Shown here one piece after another: positions 37,901 through 51,658 of a stretch of 64,000 nt of DNA (the first letter of the stretch is position 1; every line of letters starts with the position of its first letter). A program made the position numbers and the translations under genes. Below the pieces are notes generated by a model, which made no database searches, was not told the DNA's origin, and was given only the letters and a program-made list of their open reading frames with translations. The DNA is from Octopus vulgaris (lineage: Eukaryota): the NCBI GenBank assembly GCA_951406725.2, contig OX597818.1, positions 2,418,001 to 2,482,000 on the forward strand, read 5' to 3'.

Positions 37901-37953
37901 AAACATGCAGCTCAACAACAGCCTTTATTTTCAACATTTTTGGATTGTTACAA
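34939..37953 (+). CDS. Large internal exon (1005 codons): Ser/Thr-rich mucin-like ectodomain stalk
   Basis: The 1038-aa ORF 34941-38057 has acceptor tatttcag at 34938 and donor A|gtaagc at 37954 (phase 1-1). No Cys inside the exon. It ends QHFWIVT and joins in frame to IIKVRSD. Confidence 0.85.
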
Positions 37954-39065
37954 GTAAGCCAATTTTAGTGATATTTCTATTTTTATTTGGTCACACAAAA
38001 TACTTTACTGTTCTGTGTCTTTCACATTCTTCCAATATATATATATATATATGTTAATGTCTTATTTATACTCAGAAATATGGTAGATGCTGCTAATGAG
38101 GATGATAATGACAGTGATGGTGATGATATGATTCTCATTGCTGAATCTGTTGAAGCATTGCTGTATAAAGAAAGCAAAACATGAAGTTTGGTTTATTTTC
38201 TTGGGTCTGAGTGTCAACATGTCAAATACTAAACTTAATATCAGTAACATGGAGTATGGCACTGCATGGACCTTGGCAGATATGTAATACAGGAGATGGT
38301 AATCTTGTTTAATTCTGTTGTGATTTTCTTTCTGTTTATTTTGTTTCCTCAAAGATTTTCCATTTGGTGGCCAGCTTGGAGTTCCTAAAATATCTAATCT
38401 GTAAGACCCAATTAAAACATATGTTGCTGACCCACCAAATTTGTTGAATTACCATTTTTTAATTGTATTAACTTGTTCTGAACTGCCCCACCATCTTAGG
38501 CGCTTTCATGCAGAGCTTTGTTTCCTTTCCTTATAACTACTTTTGTTAATCTCTTTCTCTTTTCACTTTTGCTGCTGTTTCTAGCACAGTGAGTATCTCT
38601 ATAGATACTACCACATTGGCACATTTTTAGCAGGTCTCTTTTTATTGGTTTGTAGGTTTTTGATGTGAACAAAAACCATTGTTCTTCCTCTATAGGGAAG
38701 TCTGTGAATCAGTCTGTTAAGGTTTCTAATAGAATCTAAAAGAACTGTGGCTTAAAGATAATGTAGCAGCGCAGAACCTCAAACACTGGAGGTATTTAGA
38801 TATTGTTCATGATTAATAACTACTCTGAGTAAAGCTATATCTAAGCCATGTTTAAAAAAGGGACAACCTTGAAAAAATGATTATTTTCAGGGAAGAAATT
38901 ATTATTTATGATTCAATAAAATTATGAATATTATAATTGATGTATGTGTGTGTAAATCCACTGAAATTCTGAAGTTCACAACTGATTTTCTCCAAACTGG
39001 GAACTTGGTTGCTTGTTGGTTCAAGGGACAGGACTCTTGATGATATCTTTTTCTACCACTATATA

Positions 39066-39980
39066 TTGGATCATTCCATAAATAATATGTTTTCTTATAC
39101 TTCTTTTATTTTTCAAAATTATAAGATAAAGAAAGTTCCTTTTTAATCTAAAATGTACTCTCCTTAATTTTCTGCAATGTTCTTCCATTTATCTGGTAGA
39201 CTTGCAAAGCCCCTCTTCCAAAATTCACTTGTCCATGATTAAAAATACTCTTCCAGTACTGTTCTGACCTCATCTACAGAATTCATATTTTTTCTGTCCA
39301 AATGATTTTGAAGAGTGCGGAATAAATGATAATCAGAAGGGGCAATGTCCAGCAAATATGGTAGGTGGGGCATTGTTTCCCATTCAAACTGCTCCAACCT
39401 TTGGAATGTCATCCTTGCTGTATGTGGCTGAACATTATCCTGATGGAAGAACACCTTTTGTCTTGAAACCAAAAGATGGTCGTTTTCCAATGGCATGCAG
39501 GTGTCAATGAATGGTTGAATGACCAAATCCAAGCTTCTCTGCTCGTTCCTCAACAGTTACAATGGAATTTTGTTCCACCAGGGTTTGTTAGGATGTCCTC
39601 ATCAAGCTCTACAAATCTTCCAGGACAAGAATCATCTTCTAGGCTTGGAATTTCTGGAACAATCATTGACATTGGCTTACCCTTATTGTCCAATTCCCAT
39701 ATACTGCATTAATATTCCTCACACTTTCCATTGCATTGTTGCCTTTATTGAACTCATAGAGCAAAATATGCTGAATATGCTCTTTTGTCACTTCCATTAT
39801 AGCTTTGAAAAAATAAGTGTTAAAATTGAACTGCAATCTTCAAAATTTGCACTAAGAATAAGTACAAGGTAAAATTACTACCTGTTTTTATAGTAAGCTG
39901 ATGCAGATAGTTTATCCCATCCCCCTCCAACTTTTAGTGCATGTGATTGAAAAAATTGCATTATTTATGGGATGACCCAA
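39066..39980 (-). mobile_element. Mariner transposon, internally deleted
   Basis: TIRs ttggatcattccataaataat / attatttatgggatgacccaa with TA flanks. FHQDNVQPH...HLPYLLDIAPSDYHLFRTLQNHL. Confidence 0.9.
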
Positions 39981-40199
39981 TATTATGACTTTTCTCTACT
40001 GATCTGTTATGGAGCTGAATTGATGCTGCTTTCCAGTGATTGATAGTTATCTGAATTTACTGCCAGTCAACAGTTTTTGTAGCAATTACGGAATTCAGAT
40101 GGTTCTGAGATTTTACTACTCTAGCAAAGCTGTTATCAAATTGTATTACAGTAGCCAGTAGTTGTTCATATGTTCTAATGCTAACAAAATGACAGACCT

Positions 40200-40430
40200 A
40201 GGAAACAGAACATTTGTGGTTGCATGGTAAGAAGTTAGCTTCACAACCACATGGTTCCAGGTTTAGTCCCACTGTGTGACACCTTGGGCCGACCAAAGCC
40301 TTGTAAGTGGATTTGGTAGATGGAAACTGAAAGAAGGTCAATGGATGGATGAACGATGGATAGATGGATGGATGGACAGACAGACAGATGGCCACAGTCA
40401 AGTGACTGAAACAAGTAAAAGATAAAGGAT
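40200..40430 (+). mobile_element. SINE family A copy, internally deleted
   Basis: caaccacatggttccagg...gccgaccaaagccttg...gaaactgaaagaag, then the gactgaaacaagtaaaaga 3' end. Confidence 0.75.
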
Positions 40431-40896
40431 AAAATATATACTCTCCAATACTGAAAAATTGTACAAAATATACCAGAATCAGCAATAAAACAAACATGCA
40501 AATTGACTAAATATTATTTCTCATATAGATATGTCCAACTATGAAGAAAGTTTTAAATCCTTTCATTAGGCAGGCTTTTGATCTCTGCCTCACAAGGCAT
40601 TAAAACTTCAGCACTTCAGAAGAAAAAGAGGAATTCTGGTTTAAGCACCCCATATAACCCCTCATATTTTTTTTATTTTTTGGAATTTTCAGAAAATTTT
40701 TGTGAATTTGTGTTCTACACATGGGAATTCATATGATTATGGAAGGAAAAAAATTTTTAACCCCATAAATCCTAAAAGTTCCACTTTTTTTCTAATGTTT
40801 TCTGAATTCAGAGTTTGAAATACAGACTGCCCTTGAGTGCATCATCATTCCATTAAATGTGTTTATAAGGAGAAAAAAATATTGAAAAGCATAGAC

Positions 40897-43573
40897 CAGT
40901 GGTTCCCAAACTTTTTAGAGTCACGACCCACTATTTATCACACCAGTTTATGACGACCCACTTTACTCTACTCTACTTAACAAATTTATTTCAGATTACA
41001 TCTTCAGTGAGGCCTGTGAGAAGGATGAGCCTGTTTCTTGCTACGCTCAATAATAGAATTAACATCAGGTTCAATGCGTGATAGTTTCAGGCATAAAGAA
41101 TTTGAGAGCTGCAGTTTATTTTGATATTTGCTTTTAATCCCAACCATTGCTGAAAATCCAGCTTCACAAATATAAGATGATGTGAAAGGGAGAAGTACTT
41201 TTAATGCTTCGGTGAAAATGATTGGGTACGAGGTTTGAAGAGACGCCCAGAACTGTACCAATTTTCAGGTGTTAAATCGATAAGTTCCTCATCGGCTTTT
41301 GTTGATATTCCAGTCGTCACGTCAGGCTGAAAGGGGTTCATAATCCATCTTTTCTGTTGCATAGTATTCATCTCTTTATGAAAATAAAATTCAAAACTTT
41401 CATTTAACTTATTCAAGTGTTCAGATATCTCAATGATTATACCATCATCAACTTTTGCTTTATTCTCCATTACAAAAGTTTCAAAACAGTCATAATTTCG
41501 GTTGTTAATACGATTTTTCCACAAGACAAGTTTTTTCATAAAACCTCGAATTTTCTCATGAATTGCAAATATACTGATACCTTCTGTTCCTTGTAAATAC
41601 AAATTCAGGTCGTTTAATTTCGAAAAAATATCTGCTAAATACGTAAGCCTCAGAACAAATTCTTCATCGCGCAAATATTTTGCAAAATCGCTTTTATCTT
41701 CTAAAAATATAGCTACTTCTTTGCAGAGTTCTGCAAGTCTTGTTAACACTTTTCCCCTAGAGAGCCATTATATTTCTGTGTGCAAAAGAAGTGATTTATG
41801 ATCGCTTCCCATCTCTTCGCACAACTTCTGAAATAGGCGTGATTGCAAAGGCTTTGACTTAATAAAGTTCACTATTTTGACTGAATTATTCAAAACATTT
41901 TCAAAATTATCAGTTTTGAAACTAACGCTGCCCTGTGAAGGTTACAGTGAGTCCATGATGCATTGGGATTAAGTTCAAGTATTCTGGTCACCATACCACT
42001 ATTTCTACCGCACATAGCCTGTGCGCCGTCTGTACATATTCCGACACATTTATGCCAATCAAGATTTTTTTGCTCTTATATAAGTATTAACTGTATTAAA
42101 ATTTCATCGTTGGTACTTCGACTGACAGGTTCACCGAACCACATATCTTCATGAGGTACAAAGTTCCATTTGTAATGTACAAAAACAAGTAGCTGGCACA
42201 AACCTTGTACATCAGTAGATTCATCAAGTTGTAAAGAAAAAAAAAGACTTCCACGAATCTGTTCAATAACTCGATTTTCTACCCATTGAGACATTTCATC
42301 AATTCTATGCGTGACTGTGTTATTAGAAATAGGAATTGATTCAATTTCTTGTTCACTCTTATCACCAAAGAAAACTTTAACTGTATCTGGAAGAACTAGT
42401 CTCCCCAATTTTGTGTGGCTTACCAGTTTTTGCGATTCTTAAACTGATCAAGTAAGACACATACAGAGATTTTTCATTTACTTTGGTGTAGTGTTGCATA
42501 ATGCTCTATCCTATCTTTAACTTGGTTAACATTCGCTCAAAAAAATCGAGAGGCTTGTCTTTTAACTCAGAGTGCTTAGTCTCAAGATGACGACGCAATT
42601 TGTTTGGACGCATGCTCTCGTTTGCAAGTTGTTCATAACAAATGATGCATCGTGGTTGTGGATCTTCTTCAACTCCATTCCATGTAAATCCCATTTTTAA
42701 GTACTCGTAATCATACTTTCTTAATACTTTTCTTCGCTTTGACTGGCTTAGTTTTGATTGGTCTTTTCTTCATTTCGATCCACTGAAGACTCTTCATCAT
42801 CAGCTTCAACTGACTTTTTTAACCATTTATCCATAATATGAAGGACTGAGTAAATACGAAAAAATCGAATTTAGAAGGACAGATAATTTCGATTTACCGA
42901 GAGATTTGACAGAATTAAAATACAATGTTTGGGATCATGCGAACTTCTACAATTAATGATAAACGTCATTTCAGTTGATGTGATGCTATTTAAACCGTTT
43001 ATCTGATAGACTCTATTGATCTATCTACCGTCTAGCTGCTGTCTATTCCAATCATTTCTTTGGCTAATTGATAGCCCCCTGGTGATCACTCCCATACTTT
43101 TTAAATAATTTATAAACTTACTAGTGAAATCCATAATGTCTTATTTATTAAAATTTTTTGCTATTTATATTAAATGTGATACAAAACGTTTTATACCTGT
43201 TTCAATGTCTCTATCCCCTATGTGTAAATACTAACACTAATACAAAACCTTGAAGTAGTAACTATTATCGGCTCGATCAGTGTTATACTTCGCCTTGTTA
43301 AAGTTCTCAATAAATAGGTAAAAACAGACCTTTCCTTTTTACGATTACGTACGAATAAATAACTTGAGAAAATGACAACCTCTGATTTGTTAAGTTCATG
43401 AAAAGGCTTTCTGCTTGATAAAACAAGTCTGGTATTGAAAACATAAGTCTTGAACTATCTCGATAGACAGTAGTTAATCAAAGCTAATGCGTAATTTTAT
43501 AACTTTTTGCCACCTACTAAGATTCCGTTCGCGACCCACAGATGGGTCGTGACTCATAGTTTGGGAACCACTG
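40897..43573 (-). mobile_element. hAT (Buster/Charlie-type, ZBED5/SCAND3-like) DNA transposon, full length with frameshifted transposase
   Basis: 16-bp TIRs cagtggttcccaaact / agtttgggaaccactg and a perfect 8-bp TSD gcatagac. BED finger PRCIIC...SMRPNKLRRHLETKH, FSLQLDESTD, LLPFTSSYICEAGFS. Confidence 0.95.
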
Positions 43574-43879
43574 GCATAGACACATATCAGAAAGAAATGA
43601 GTATAGCTTTGTTAAGCTACACACAAATAAACTCACAGAGACGAGAATGTATTAGTGAAAGATCTATTCCCGTAAGTACATCAGGGTGACAGCCACCAGT
43701 TACTTCTGCCTCTTTGAAGCCCTCTCGACTGAAAGTCTACTTCACTGCAGACCAGATCCCTAGCTAGCCTGCAGCAAAGTTCCTGTCTGCAGATTGTCTG
43801 TCATAAACCCTGCTCTACATAGCTTCCCCTCCCCCCAGAACTGTTGACTGTCATTGGAACCAGGAAGGCGTTTTAATTG

Positions 43880-46470
43880 GAGAGTGGACCAGAACTCGCA
43901 TCCCCTGTCAACAAGCCAAGGTTCATCAGCACACCAAAGCACCCCTTGGCAGCTATGAATCACCACAGGCTCATTTCAGCTGCTGAGATTTTCTTTTGAG
44001 GTGGTGTGGTTTCCCAGCATCACCATGCAACTGGGCCTGTTAAGTCTGGTTGTCAGGGATTCCTTCAGGTGGCAATGTGGATGATAGGCTGTTGTGTGGT
44101 TCATTGTGATTCCTAAATGGTCACACATCTTCCACAGCTTTGAGGTGAATTGTGGACCCCGATTAGATGAGAGGCTGCCTGAGACACCAAAACGGGTGAC
44201 TCAGTTTGCAATGAAGGCTCGGTTGCAGAGAGGGATAGCCACAGGCCAATGAGTGTAGCGGTCTACCAAGGTCAGTAGGTATAAGCAACCTTGTGATGGT
44301 TGACAAGGGACTAACAAGATTGATATTGACGTGGCTGAAACAGGCCTGTGGTGGTTCATAGTTGCCAAGGGGTGCTTTGGTGTGCTGGTGAACCTTGGCT
44401 TGTTGACAGGGGATGCGAATTTTGGTCCACTTTCCAATTTGCTTGGCCTTACCATTCCAGATAAATCTGCTTATCAGCAGGTGTTGTGTGGTTGTAGTAC
44501 CTGGGTGGGACAGTCTGTGAATGACATCGAAAACGTTCCTGCACTAGGCTGATGGGACAATCGGTTGTGGCTTCACACAGTAGGGTTGTGCCGTTGGAGC
44601 CAATGTGCACATTCTGCAAGGAAAATTATGTGATGGCAGTGTTGTAGGGCCTGATCTCATCTGTCTGTTGGGCTGTAGCCATAGCCATGTAATCCAGGCC
44701 TTCTGTTATTGGAGCTACGTAGGTGTGAGAACATGTAGGAGCACTAGAGAGTGCATTGGTGACTTGGTTGTCCTTTCTAGCTATATCTTGGATGTCTGTA
44801 GTGTACTCAGAAATGGCCGATAGCTGTTATTGCTGGCATGCAAACCAAAGCTCTGAGAGCTTGCTCATAGCAAAGGGGAGTGGTTTGTGGTTTGTGAACA
44901 CTGTAACCGTGCAGCCTTCAAGGAAATAACGAAAGTGGCAGACACTTAGATGGACAACCAGTAGTTCCCTGTCAAAAGCACTGTATTTCTGTTCAGGGGG
45001 TCATATTTGTCGACTGAAGGTGATTGGTCACCACTGACTGTTGATGTGTTGTTCCAAAATACCCCCAAAGGCTGTGTCGGGTGTGTCAACTGTAAGTGCA
45101 GTCCATGCTGACATATGAAGATGGGACAACATGGTTGCTTTAGCCAGAGCCTGTTTTGTGGATTTGAAGGCTGAGATCATTGCACCATCCCACTTCACCT
45201 GTTTTTTTTAACCATCTTTTGACAGTGCCTTGTATAGGAGTCTCATCACTCTTGCTACAAAACGGATGGAAAAAATGGTAAAAGTTTACCAAGCTCAGAA
45301 ATTAGCATAGAGCCTTGCTTGTGGTGGGGTGTGGAAAAGATATGATAGCTTTCACTTTTTCTGGTAGGGGTGTAGCATCTGCACCTGTGATTCGATGTCC
45401 CAAGAAGTTAATTTCTGTAACACCAAAAACATATTTGGCAGGGTTGATTACTAGGCTATACTGTTCCAGTCTATCAAAAAAGAGCCACTAGGTGCTTCTT
45501 GTGTAGCTCTGCATTTTGGCTTGTGATAAGGATATCATCTAAATATGCAAAGACAAAATCAAGACCTCTGCATACTGTGTCCATCAAGCAGAAGGATTGT
45601 GCTATGTTTTTCAGGCTAAAGAGTGTACGTAGGAATTCATACAGACCAAAAGGAATGATCATGGTGGTTTTCAGTACATCATCATCTTGCCCTGGTATTT
45701 GGTGGTAACCTCGGATGAGGTCGACCTTCAGGAAAACCAAGCACCCTGCAAGTTGGGCTGAGAAATCCTGTATGTGTGGAATAGGGTGCAGTCTGATGTT
45801 GTATCAGCATTGAGATGGTGGTAATCCCTGTGGGATTGATAACCTCCATTGGGTTTGGGGGACACATGCAGGGATGACAACCAGGGACTGCTTGATCGAC
45901 GTACTATGCCCAACAGCTCCATATTGTCAAACTTGGCATTTGCGATAGCAAGTTCGTTTAGTGATAGATAATGTGCACAGCTGTGCACTGGGAGAGGCTG
46001 GTGGTGGGGATGTAGTGTGTCACTCCATGGTGTGTTGCAGGAATGGAGAATGTTGGGGTAGTGAGATTGGAGTGATTCACAAGGAGGTTTGAGAATTCAT
46101 TCTTGGTCTGAGAGATGGTTGCTCTGTGGGGGCGGGGTGCAGATGCTGCCAGAGACACAGAAGTGTATGTGTTGCTGTTGATGAGTTATCTACCCTGCAA
46201 ATCAACCAGTAGCAAGTGTGCTTGAAGAAAGTCTCCCCTGATAATGGCTGATGGACATCAGTGATGGTGAATGCCCATGTGTATTTTTGTGAGCCAATGT
46301 TGAAAGAAAGGATGTGGTGACTGTACACCTTGATTGTGGACTTGTTGCAGCTGTTAAAGGGTGGCCTCACTTTCCATAATGGAGGTCCCTTGCCAATGCT
46401 GGGATCACACTGACTTCTGCTCCTGTGTCAGTTAGGAACCTACATCTAAGGCCATTTACTTGATGGGAGT
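43880..46470 (-). mobile_element. Gypsy/Ty3 LTR-retrotransposon pol relic (protease, RT, RNase H, integrase); no LTRs identified
   Basis: FLTDTGAEVSVI (protease), KVDLIRGYHQIP..PFGLYEF...FAYLDDILI (RT), YLLTLVDRYTHWP (integrase), in Gypsy domain order. Confidence 0.9.
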
Positions 46471-47300
46471 AGAGTCCTGTGTGTTTTCCTGTTCACTAGA
46501 ACTTTGGTCTTTGCTAAGTTAAACTATAAAGGCCTTTGATTCCAAGTTTGATGCTTGTCTTTTCACTTTTGTAACTTTGACTACCTCACAGTTTCACCAC
46601 CAAGTTACTCTCAGTCTGGCTAGGACCTTGCACCAGTCACAGATTTGTTCTTCAGCCCTTAGTATGTTGTCCCAGAGGAATGTCCAGTTCTTTCTTTACC
46701 AAAGTGGATTGTTTCACTGAGTCCTCCTTGCTCTAATTCCATTCTTTTGTGAAATTACTCTCTTTTTCCTTCATATCAACTGTGTATTTTCTTTCATACT
46801 CACTCATGTATGAGAATATGTGTTGGCAACTCAACACTATCTTTATCTTATTTTCCAGCTACTCCCACTTATTTTATATTATGTGGGGTAGCCATGTATC
46901 TCCTCTATAGTAAAACACATGGTTTTGTCTCTCATACTTTAGTCTTTTAAAACCTGGCATAAAGCCATCTTCCTTCCTCTCAGATACATCCCCACTCAGT
47001 TTTCTTTTCTTGTCTTGCAACTAGTACCAGTATCATGAAGAAAGTACCCAGTAGACACTGTAAGTGGTTCATATAAGGAAGGAGATTCAGCTCTAGAAAT
47101 CATGCCAAAACAGCCATTGGAGCTTGTCAGATCCTCTCAAACTGTCCTACTCATAACGTCATGGAAAACTGATGTTAAATGATGATAATTATGATGATGA
47201 TATCTATCTGTCTATCTACCTATCAATAGATAGATAGATTTCTGTAAAGTTATGAATAGTTTGACAGTTAATTATTATGATGCAATAATTTCTGTTACAG

Positions 47301-47476
47301 TCATTAAAGTTAGAAGCGATATCGATGTAAATTCATTTGAATTCAAACATGGCATGGAAGAACGTTTAGCCAGAAGTTATGTTGAAGCATACAAAAGAGG
47401 TGAACACATCCTGAATGGAACTTACCGTCCTCTTCGGAAAAAACGTTTTGCTGTTGTAAAAGACATTGCTTTACAG
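47301..47476 (+). CDS. Exon: KIAA1549/UPF0606-like juxtamembrane domain, part 1, with RKKR furin motif
   Basis: Acceptor ttacag, donor CAG|gtgaat, phase 1 in and phase 0 out. IIKVRSDIDVNSFEFKHGMEERLARSYVEAY...RKKR resembles the F..EMERKLA..L..basic-cluster segment I recall from KIAA1549-family proteins. Confidence 0.85.
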
Positions 47477-47999
47477 GTGAATTCTGTTCAATTAATTGTT
47501 TTAATCTACTGTACTAATTAATCTGTTTTACTATATAGTTTCTTTTTATCTTATAGTTTCTTTTTATCATGATATTTTAAAAATTTCAGTAATTTTATGG
47601 ATAGTAAATTCCATTAATTTCTGACACGATTAAAGAATTTCCTGTTCCCTGTGTTGTACTTACTTGTTTGTTCCTTCTATTTCATATAACTGGTCGAGAG
47701 GAAGAGAAGCTGATAGAAGAGGGCTAGAGTAATAGAAGCAAGAGGATGATGGAAGACAGAGTAATGGAAGAGAGCCAGAGTGAGAGTGTGATACATGAGA
47801 GAGTAGTTGAGAGAAAGAGAGGGGTAGACAGTTACATCATACTTGTTAGTGAGGATATTAAATACAAGTAATATGACTGAGAGGATGATAGAAGAGAGAG
47901 TAATGGAAGAGAAGCAGAGTAATAGGAAAGTAGCAGGAGGCTATGGTAACAATGATAGAAAAGAGAGAAAGAAGATATAGCATGTCTATGGGCCTGTCT

Positions 48000-48760
48000 G
48001 TAAATGATTTAATCGCAATCAGTCAAGAGGCTTTTCTCTGAGATTTGGTCCTAGCTATATTAAGGATGTTTTTTCTCCAAGAAGATCTTTAGTGATAGTG
48101 ACGAACAGCATTTGGAGTGACTATGAGGTATCTAACTAGGTGATCACATGTTTAGGTAGGGTAGGTGTAGTGGTCTTTTCTTGATATGAGTAGTGTTTGA
48201 GTACTTTTGCTCTTAAAAGTTAGTAAAGCTTGACTGGAAGATATGTCTAGAAATGGAATCAATGCCAGTTTGGTATGTAGCATATTAATTGCTTTTGGAT
48301 GTTACATGGTCAGGAAAATGAGGAAGGAATGAAGAGTTGTGTCATCTGCATTTGAACAGACATTGTTGGATGTGGTGGAAAATAGATCACTGATATATTA
48401 AAGGAAGAGAACAGAGGACAAAACTAAGCCCTGGGAAACACCAGAGTTGATTGAGAGTGGAGCAGAGAAAACTCTATTTAAACATGACATGAGAGTGATT
48501 TAGTAGGATGCTGCCAGTCTAAGAAATGAGGGTTGGATGGAGTTTGTATTTTAGCAGTTTTGCCAGGAGATTGCTTGTCAGAAATGGTCTTCTAAAGCAA
48601 GAGCCCCCTGGTGAGTGACATAAGAAAGTAGGTCTCCAGTGGATCTGGCTCTGTGGAAGCTGTACTTGGGTCACTGAGGAGAGAGAGGTCCAAATTGTTG
48701 GAGATTGTCATTGTTAACGGCTGTCTCTGTTACCTTGGATATGTTAGAGGTGAGAGCAAT
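48000..48760 (-). mobile_element. CR1/L2-like LINE RT fragment, decayed
   Basis: Minus strand reads INSGVSQGLVLSSVLFL..ISDL.......NADDTTL. Confidence 0.65.
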
Positions 48761-49609
48761 AGTGTAGTATAATGTTTTACATTCCATAAGTTGATGTTTT
48801 TTAGCTCAGATCAAACCTAATCCAGTAGACCTATGGTCAAAGAGACTCCAGCTATGATCATTCCATTTTTCTTGCTGTCATAGTATACCTAGAATCACAT
48901 GATTCCATGTCTCTTTCCGTTTTAAGACAGTATGATGAAGTATGAAAGATATTTTGGTTGTTATTTCTAGCAGGTTTTGTGTGACCCCTAAAGAAGCTCC
49001 CTAATTAATTTAACATTTGTGTTTACGGTAGTATATTCTGTCAAATAAACTATGTTAACCAGATTCTTTGAAAAATTTTGGTGCTTGCTCTTTCAAAATA
49101 AATTATTGGAAATTTAATTAGTTGGAGATATTAATGAAGAATTAACTTTATAATTATATCTCATGGTTATGTTTGAAGACTGAATCAAAGAAACCTTTAA
49201 GTTTTGATGAGTTTTGGAAATTAACAAACATCTAGTCTTAGTTTGAGTGGAACAGAAATTAGAAAATGTTTTGGTCTGAATATCAGAAACTGGCGAGAAA
49301 ATGAAGTTGGGAGTCTGAGAGCTGTTACACAACTCCAGCTCCATAAAGAATATGAGTTGCTTGATCTGTTAGAAATAGTGACTAATTCTCTTTTATATCA
49401 CACCATACCATTTTAAAGGAAAAGATAAGACAATTAAAAGATGTTTAGAATTGGAATACCTTTGATCATAGGGAACAACAGTAAACTAGCTCAGAATCTG
49501 AAGTGAACACCCCCCCCCTGCCACACACATACAACATACCGTGATATACAAGAGACAAGACATTTGAAGATTACAACGCCAATGTAAACCAATGTGTGAT
49601 GTCTTTCAG

Positions 49610-49784
49610 ATAATGAAAATTGTGCACTTTAATCACGGAACCTCCCAAAATGTAAGTTTGGTGTATTATATGGAGAAAAATGGCAGACCAGTTCCAGCTA
49701 AGGATGCCATAAAACACATGAATCTTATTCAACTTCAAGAACTTGCTATTTATCTCAATCACGTTGTTGTTCTTAGAGCAGAAG
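49610..49784 (+). CDS. Exon: KIAA1549/UPF0606-like juxtamembrane domain, part 2
   Basis: Acceptor tttcag, donor G|gtaagt, phase 0 in and phase 1 out. VSLVYYMEKNGRPVPAKDAIKHMNLIQLQELAIYLNHVVVLRAE fits the family pattern LxYY...NG...A.......Q..A..L...V...A. Confidence 0.85.
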
Positions 49785-50859
49785 GTAAGTCAGTTTGAAG
49801 TTTGGTTTGATCAATTTTTTAAAAGATTTTCATATAGAAAATATTCAGTTTATAAGTAATACATGACTACATTAAGTTGTCCATAAAAAGTTTTCCCACC
49901 TCAATATTTGAAATAGCAGGTAAAAATTTTAATGATACAATAAGCACCTATGATGTGAAGAAATTAACCCATTATCCAGTTTATCATCACCAGGTTCTAA
50001 GGTGCTTTTAACAGATGTTAAATGTTGCAAGCATTTGTGTTGGGTCTTCTGTTTGAAGATACTGTCCTTCCACCCTTCTATTTAACTGGGATGTCCTATA
50101 AAGGGCCATGGTATGGCCTTTTCTACTAAAAGATATAGGGATTAGAAAACTAGGCTTAATTACTCAGAGTTACCATCTGCAGTAATAAATAATAGTTAAG
50201 TCAGTGTGGACATTAATACAAAGAACATCAACACTTTAATTTGTGGTAGACAAAAAAACAATGAGAAGGAGGAGGAGGAAGTGAAAGGACAGCAAAAGGA
50301 TTAAAGAAATGAAGAAGTCTGTGTGTATATCTACATGTGTATGTGTGTATATATATATATATATATAGGGAAAATAATCTTATTCAAAAATACAGACCAC
50401 AACTAAACATACTCTAACATACCCCCCAGGTACACATCCAAAACAAACACGCACAGAAACACATACAGATATACAAAATCACACACACACAAAAACAATG
50501 CCAACTTCAGATGCAAATACACTTGCACAAACACAATATCCTCCCGCTAGAACACAAACCCTCACACATCCCAGAAAAAAACACATACACATATACACTT
50601 GCAATAAGATTTTAGCATCCATAACCAACACTTTTACACATATATACACATGTGAACACGGATATGCACACACCTACACACACCACCCCGAAATTACAAA
50701 TCACATCCACACAACCACAACCACACACACACACACACACACACAATACGCCCGCACCCCAGTAGTAATATCACACACAGACACTCACATTCAAAAGGAA
50801 AAAGACACACATACACGCACATTACAACCACAACAAACATTCACAAACATACATACACA

Positions 50860-51134
50860 CAAGCATGCACACACACAATGACAAATACAAGACGCATAAA
50901 CACACCCACACACAAACACATACTCAATACCAACACACATAAAACACAAATACCAATCACGCACATACATACACACACACACACAACACCAAGACAATCA
51001 CACACACGGTTGACAAACGGGCACGCATATACACACACCATCCTACCAAATTTTAAAAACACACACACAGACACATCTATTTACACCACAATGGACCCTG
51101 GGACCAATCAAAAATGGCCCACACACACAAACAC

Positions 51135-51181
<47 letters not shown>

Positions 51182-51621
51182 CACACCATTCTGACCCGCA
51201 TACAGATGCACATATATACACACACATGCGCACACACAGCACCATGACAAATACTAATCACGCACATACATACACACACAAACACATGTATATGTATATA
51301 CACACACACAAAGACACACACACTTGCACCATACATACGCACACACACAAACATACTCAATACAAACACACACAAAATGCATAAACACACACTCACACCA
51401 CCCAGACAAACCTAACACACATGGACACACATACGAACAAACACATACACACACTAGCGCACACACAACACACTAACACACATTAACCACACACATACAC
51501 ACACACACAAACAGGCACACATATACACACACCATCCTACTAAATTTTAAAAACACGCATCTATTTACACCACAATGGACCCTGGGACCAATCAAAAACA
51601 GCCCACACACACAAACACATG

Positions 51622-51658
<37 letters not shown>

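Noticed and set aside
34941-38057. The 1038-aa ORF as a stand-alone single-exon gene with a hydrophobic C-terminus
   Set aside because: A splice acceptor lies 2 nt before the ATG, and the donor at 37954 joins a conserved domain in frame. The last 34 codons or so are T-rich intron sequence running into a TA microsatellite.
40897-43573. Domesticated ZBED5/SCAND3-like host gene
   Set aside because: TIRs and TSD are intact and the reading frame is broken, so it is a transposon copy.
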